A DNA stretch of 64,000 bases from Octopus sinensis (lineage: Eukaryota): assembly GCF_006345805.1 (NCBI RefSeq), contig NC_043000.1, forward strand, positions 2,170,001-2,234,000, written 5' to 3'. The translations under genes were made by a program, and so were the position numbers. The stretch's first letter is position 1; each line of letters begins with the position of its first letter. A model generated the notes under the pieces. That model did no database searches, was not told the DNA's origin, and was given only the letters and a program-made list of their open reading frames with translations. Of this stretch, positions 60,951 to 64,000 are shown piece by piece.

Positions 60951-61419
60951 ACATATGTATGTATGTATGTGAGTTTGGAGGGATATATCATCTGGGTGGA
61001 TACCGTATTGGCTCTCAGTTATGTTCTAGGTTATGGTTAACTGGAGTGATTAGTATTTAATATTAATGAACACTATTAGTTGTCATTCATGCCATAAATT
61101 CATCTGATGAGTAATTTTGTGTTCGCTTCACTGGACGGCAATATTGATTGGTGTGTATAGTAGCCCCAAACCCCTGAACCCTAATAAACGAACAAACAAC
61201 TAACTCCACTCAGTTTGCCTCAAAATTAGCCAAATGGACAAACCCTGAAAAAAGCTGCACCAAAATCATGCAGCTGCCCTTAATATGTGCAGTGGAAACA
61301 TGTGTAGGTCGTAATGACCATAAAAATATGCTGTATAAAATTGTAAAATAAGAGGGAATAAATTTTGAGGATAAACAAGTCTTCATGTTCTATATTGTTG
61401 TAACTATTGTATATATATA

Positions 61420-61925
61420 CTAGCAGTATCGCCCGGCATTGCTCGGGTTTGTAAGGGAAATAACTATATAAGCATTTTTAGAGAGTTACTTCCCTTATAG
61501 ATGCCAATTCGGGCTTTCTTAGCCATTTCTGTTTTGGTGTCTTCAAGCCATGAAATCGTTCTAAAAGAACGCTGGTCTCCTTGACAACGCTTTACGACGT
61601 TGATTTCCTTACACTCCCTTCCCCACAGCTTCACGAGGGAGGGAAGAAGGGGGAGAAGCAAACAGGTGCAGCTGTGACCATGGACGCCAACTCCGCTGCC
61701 ATCGACACACGAAAAATTATGCATTAAAATGGAATAAAAAATGATGTTAAATTATTTTTAAAATCGTAGACTCATCGTAGACGTGCGCTAATACTCAGAC
61801 GGGCTCGATATGAATCACGACTATAAGATACCCGAATTTGGTTAAACTGCACCGCAAAATGTGGGAGTAGTTAGGAATCTAAATTGAAGGGGACAGACAC
61901 TCACACAACTACAGTTTTATATATA
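61420..61925 (-). mobile_element. Non-autonomous Helitron, type III
   Basis: Same CTAG and hairpin end (CTAGCAGTATCGCCCGGCATTGCTCGGG), shares ~40 bp with type II, then a unique CpG-rich interior. Confidence 0.8.
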
Positions 61926-62079
61926 TATATATATATATGCATACACGCATACATAAATATACTTATATATCCATATATACACACATATATATATACATAC
62001 ACATGCATATTATATATATATATATATTATATATATATATATATACACACATATATATACTTTATATGTATGCAGAATT

Positions 62080-62305
62080 GTTAGCTGGCAGGATCGTAAG
62101 CACGTTTGGTGAAATGCTTAGCGGTATTTCGTCTGCTGTTTCGTTCTGAGTTCAAATTACGCCAAGGTCGACTTTGCCTTTCATCCTTTCGGGGTCGATA
62201 AATTAAGTACCAGTTATCTACTGGAGTCGATGTAATCAACTTAATACCTTCCTCTGTCCTTGTTTGTCCCCTCTATGTTTAGTCCCTTGTGGGCAATAAG
62301 AAATA
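62080..62305 (+). mobile_element. SINE family D
   Basis: Consensus match. Confidence 0.9.
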
Positions 62306-62424
62306 AATATACTTTATATTTATATATATACACACACACTCACACCTATATTTTATATATAACCCATGCTAGCATGGAAAGCGGACGCTAAACGATGATG
62401 ATGATGATGTATATACATACCTAT

Positions 62425-62466
<42 letters not shown>

Positions 62467-62699
62467 CACACACACCCATTGTGCGATATTTGCAAATGTG
62501 TATCACTGTCATACAAGCAGTGTCATTCATTTCCAATATCCTGCAAAAACATATCCGACCAAGGGTAAATATAACTTTGCTTGGAAACAGTTGGTGAGAG
62601 ATGATGAGAGGATGGGCATCTGAATATAGAAAGTCTGTCTCAGTAAACTTTCACTGAATCATAAAAGCATGGGAAAGTGGAAATTAAAACAATGAATTC

Positions 62700-62734
62700 A
62701 CATTATACACACACACACATATATATATATAAAT

Positions 62735-62767
<33 letters not shown>

Positions 62768-62813
62768 ATACACACACACACACATATTATATATATATAT
62801 ATATAAATACACA

Positions 62814-62845
<32 letters not shown>

Positions 62846-62859
62846 TATATAATATAAAT

Positions 62860-62894
<35 letters not shown>

Positions 62895-63170
62895 AATACA
62901 CACTCACATATATATATATATATATAATATATATTTATATAAATACACACACACACATATATATATATATATACAACACACACACACACACATATATATA
63001 TACACACACACATAAATATATATATATACACACACACACACAAATATATATATATACAGACATATATATATATATATAAATATACACACACACACATAAA
63101 TATATATATACACAGACACACAATATATATATATATATACACACACATATATATATACTCACACACACAC

Positions 63171-63217
<47 letters not shown>

Positions 63218-63228
63218 TATATATACAT

Positions 63229-63271
<43 letters not shown>

Positions 63272-63400
63272 TACACACATGCGCATGCACACATGTGTGT
63301 ATGCTATGTTTGTGTTTGTGTGTATGCATGTCTATAGATATATGTGTATGTATTTATATATATTCATACAAATGCGCACGCACACACACTTAATTGTGTG
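62700..63400. repeat. (CA)n/(TA)n compound microsatellite
   Basis: Alternating blocks of CA and TA repeats. Confidence 0.95.
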
Positions 63401-64000
63401 TATATATGTGTGTGTGTAGTTAAAAATCTGTTTTGATATCCACCTCAACTAAATTATTTTTTTGTTTAATATTAAGACTCTGTCTTTTACCATTCTCTCT
63501 GTTATTTTCCACTTTCCTCTGATCATTTTATCTTTATCAACATGACAACTGAACTCTCCGCTTCTCCCCCAGCCTTCTTCCACGCGTATTTCTAACCATA
63601 TTCCAGATATAAATCACAAAATAGCTAGTTTTCTGCATAAATAACCCAGAAAACCTCTTTTCTTTATTTCATCCCTGAATTCCTTCCACAACTTCTCCTC
63701 ATCTCCTTCTGACTCCCTCTCTCCTTTCTCTCTTTCTCTCTCCCTTTCTCTTACACACGTACACACACACACAAACACCAACACTCTCAGACACTCACAC
63801 GCAGCCTACCTCCAACCATTCTGCACTTGGTTATTGATTTTGTTTCCATGGAGTAAGATTATGTGTTTCTTATAGCTATAAGCTTTACGTATTGCCTAGC
63901 ATGAGGTTTAAGGAAGGCGGCAGTCTTGCAGGGCAGTGGAGAGTCTACACACAGTAGTGACTGAACATAATTCATTCGTATGCTGACAGCTCCCGCCGGT

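Overview
AT-rich eukaryotic DNA packed with repeats, most likely an intron or intergenic stretch of a coleoid cephalopod (Octopus-like) genome. This assignment is my inference from the (TA)n/(CA)n/(GAT)n microsatellite load and the tRNA-derived SINE families; it was not confirmed by a search. I recognise no intact protein-coding gene, RNA gene or CRISPR array. Almost all ORFs on the supplied track are translated microsatellites or antisense reads of repeats. What the sequence does support is a layered record of mobile elements: at least five SINE families (many copies, several with target-site duplications) and six non-autonomous Helitrons of three internal types sharing one 3' end. It also has piggyBac-like and pogo-like MITEs, degenerate RTE and CR1 LINE fragments, and a fragmented Ty3/Gypsy gag-pol (about 30.4-36.3 kb, minus strand). 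A fragmented Penelope RT plus GIY-YIG lies at about 40.2-42.8 kb. The two most unusual signals are both RNA-structure candidates. First, short (TA)n-embedded repeats carry minimal hammerhead-ribozyme-like motifs with covarying stems and non-canonical cores. Second, a SINE body is built from tandem modules of about 60 nt, each able to fold into a compact H-type pseudoknot plus a variable-loop hairpin. Coordinates were read by eye and may be off by a few bases, or tens of bases for degenerate elements. Protein-family assignments come from remembered motifs, not database searches.
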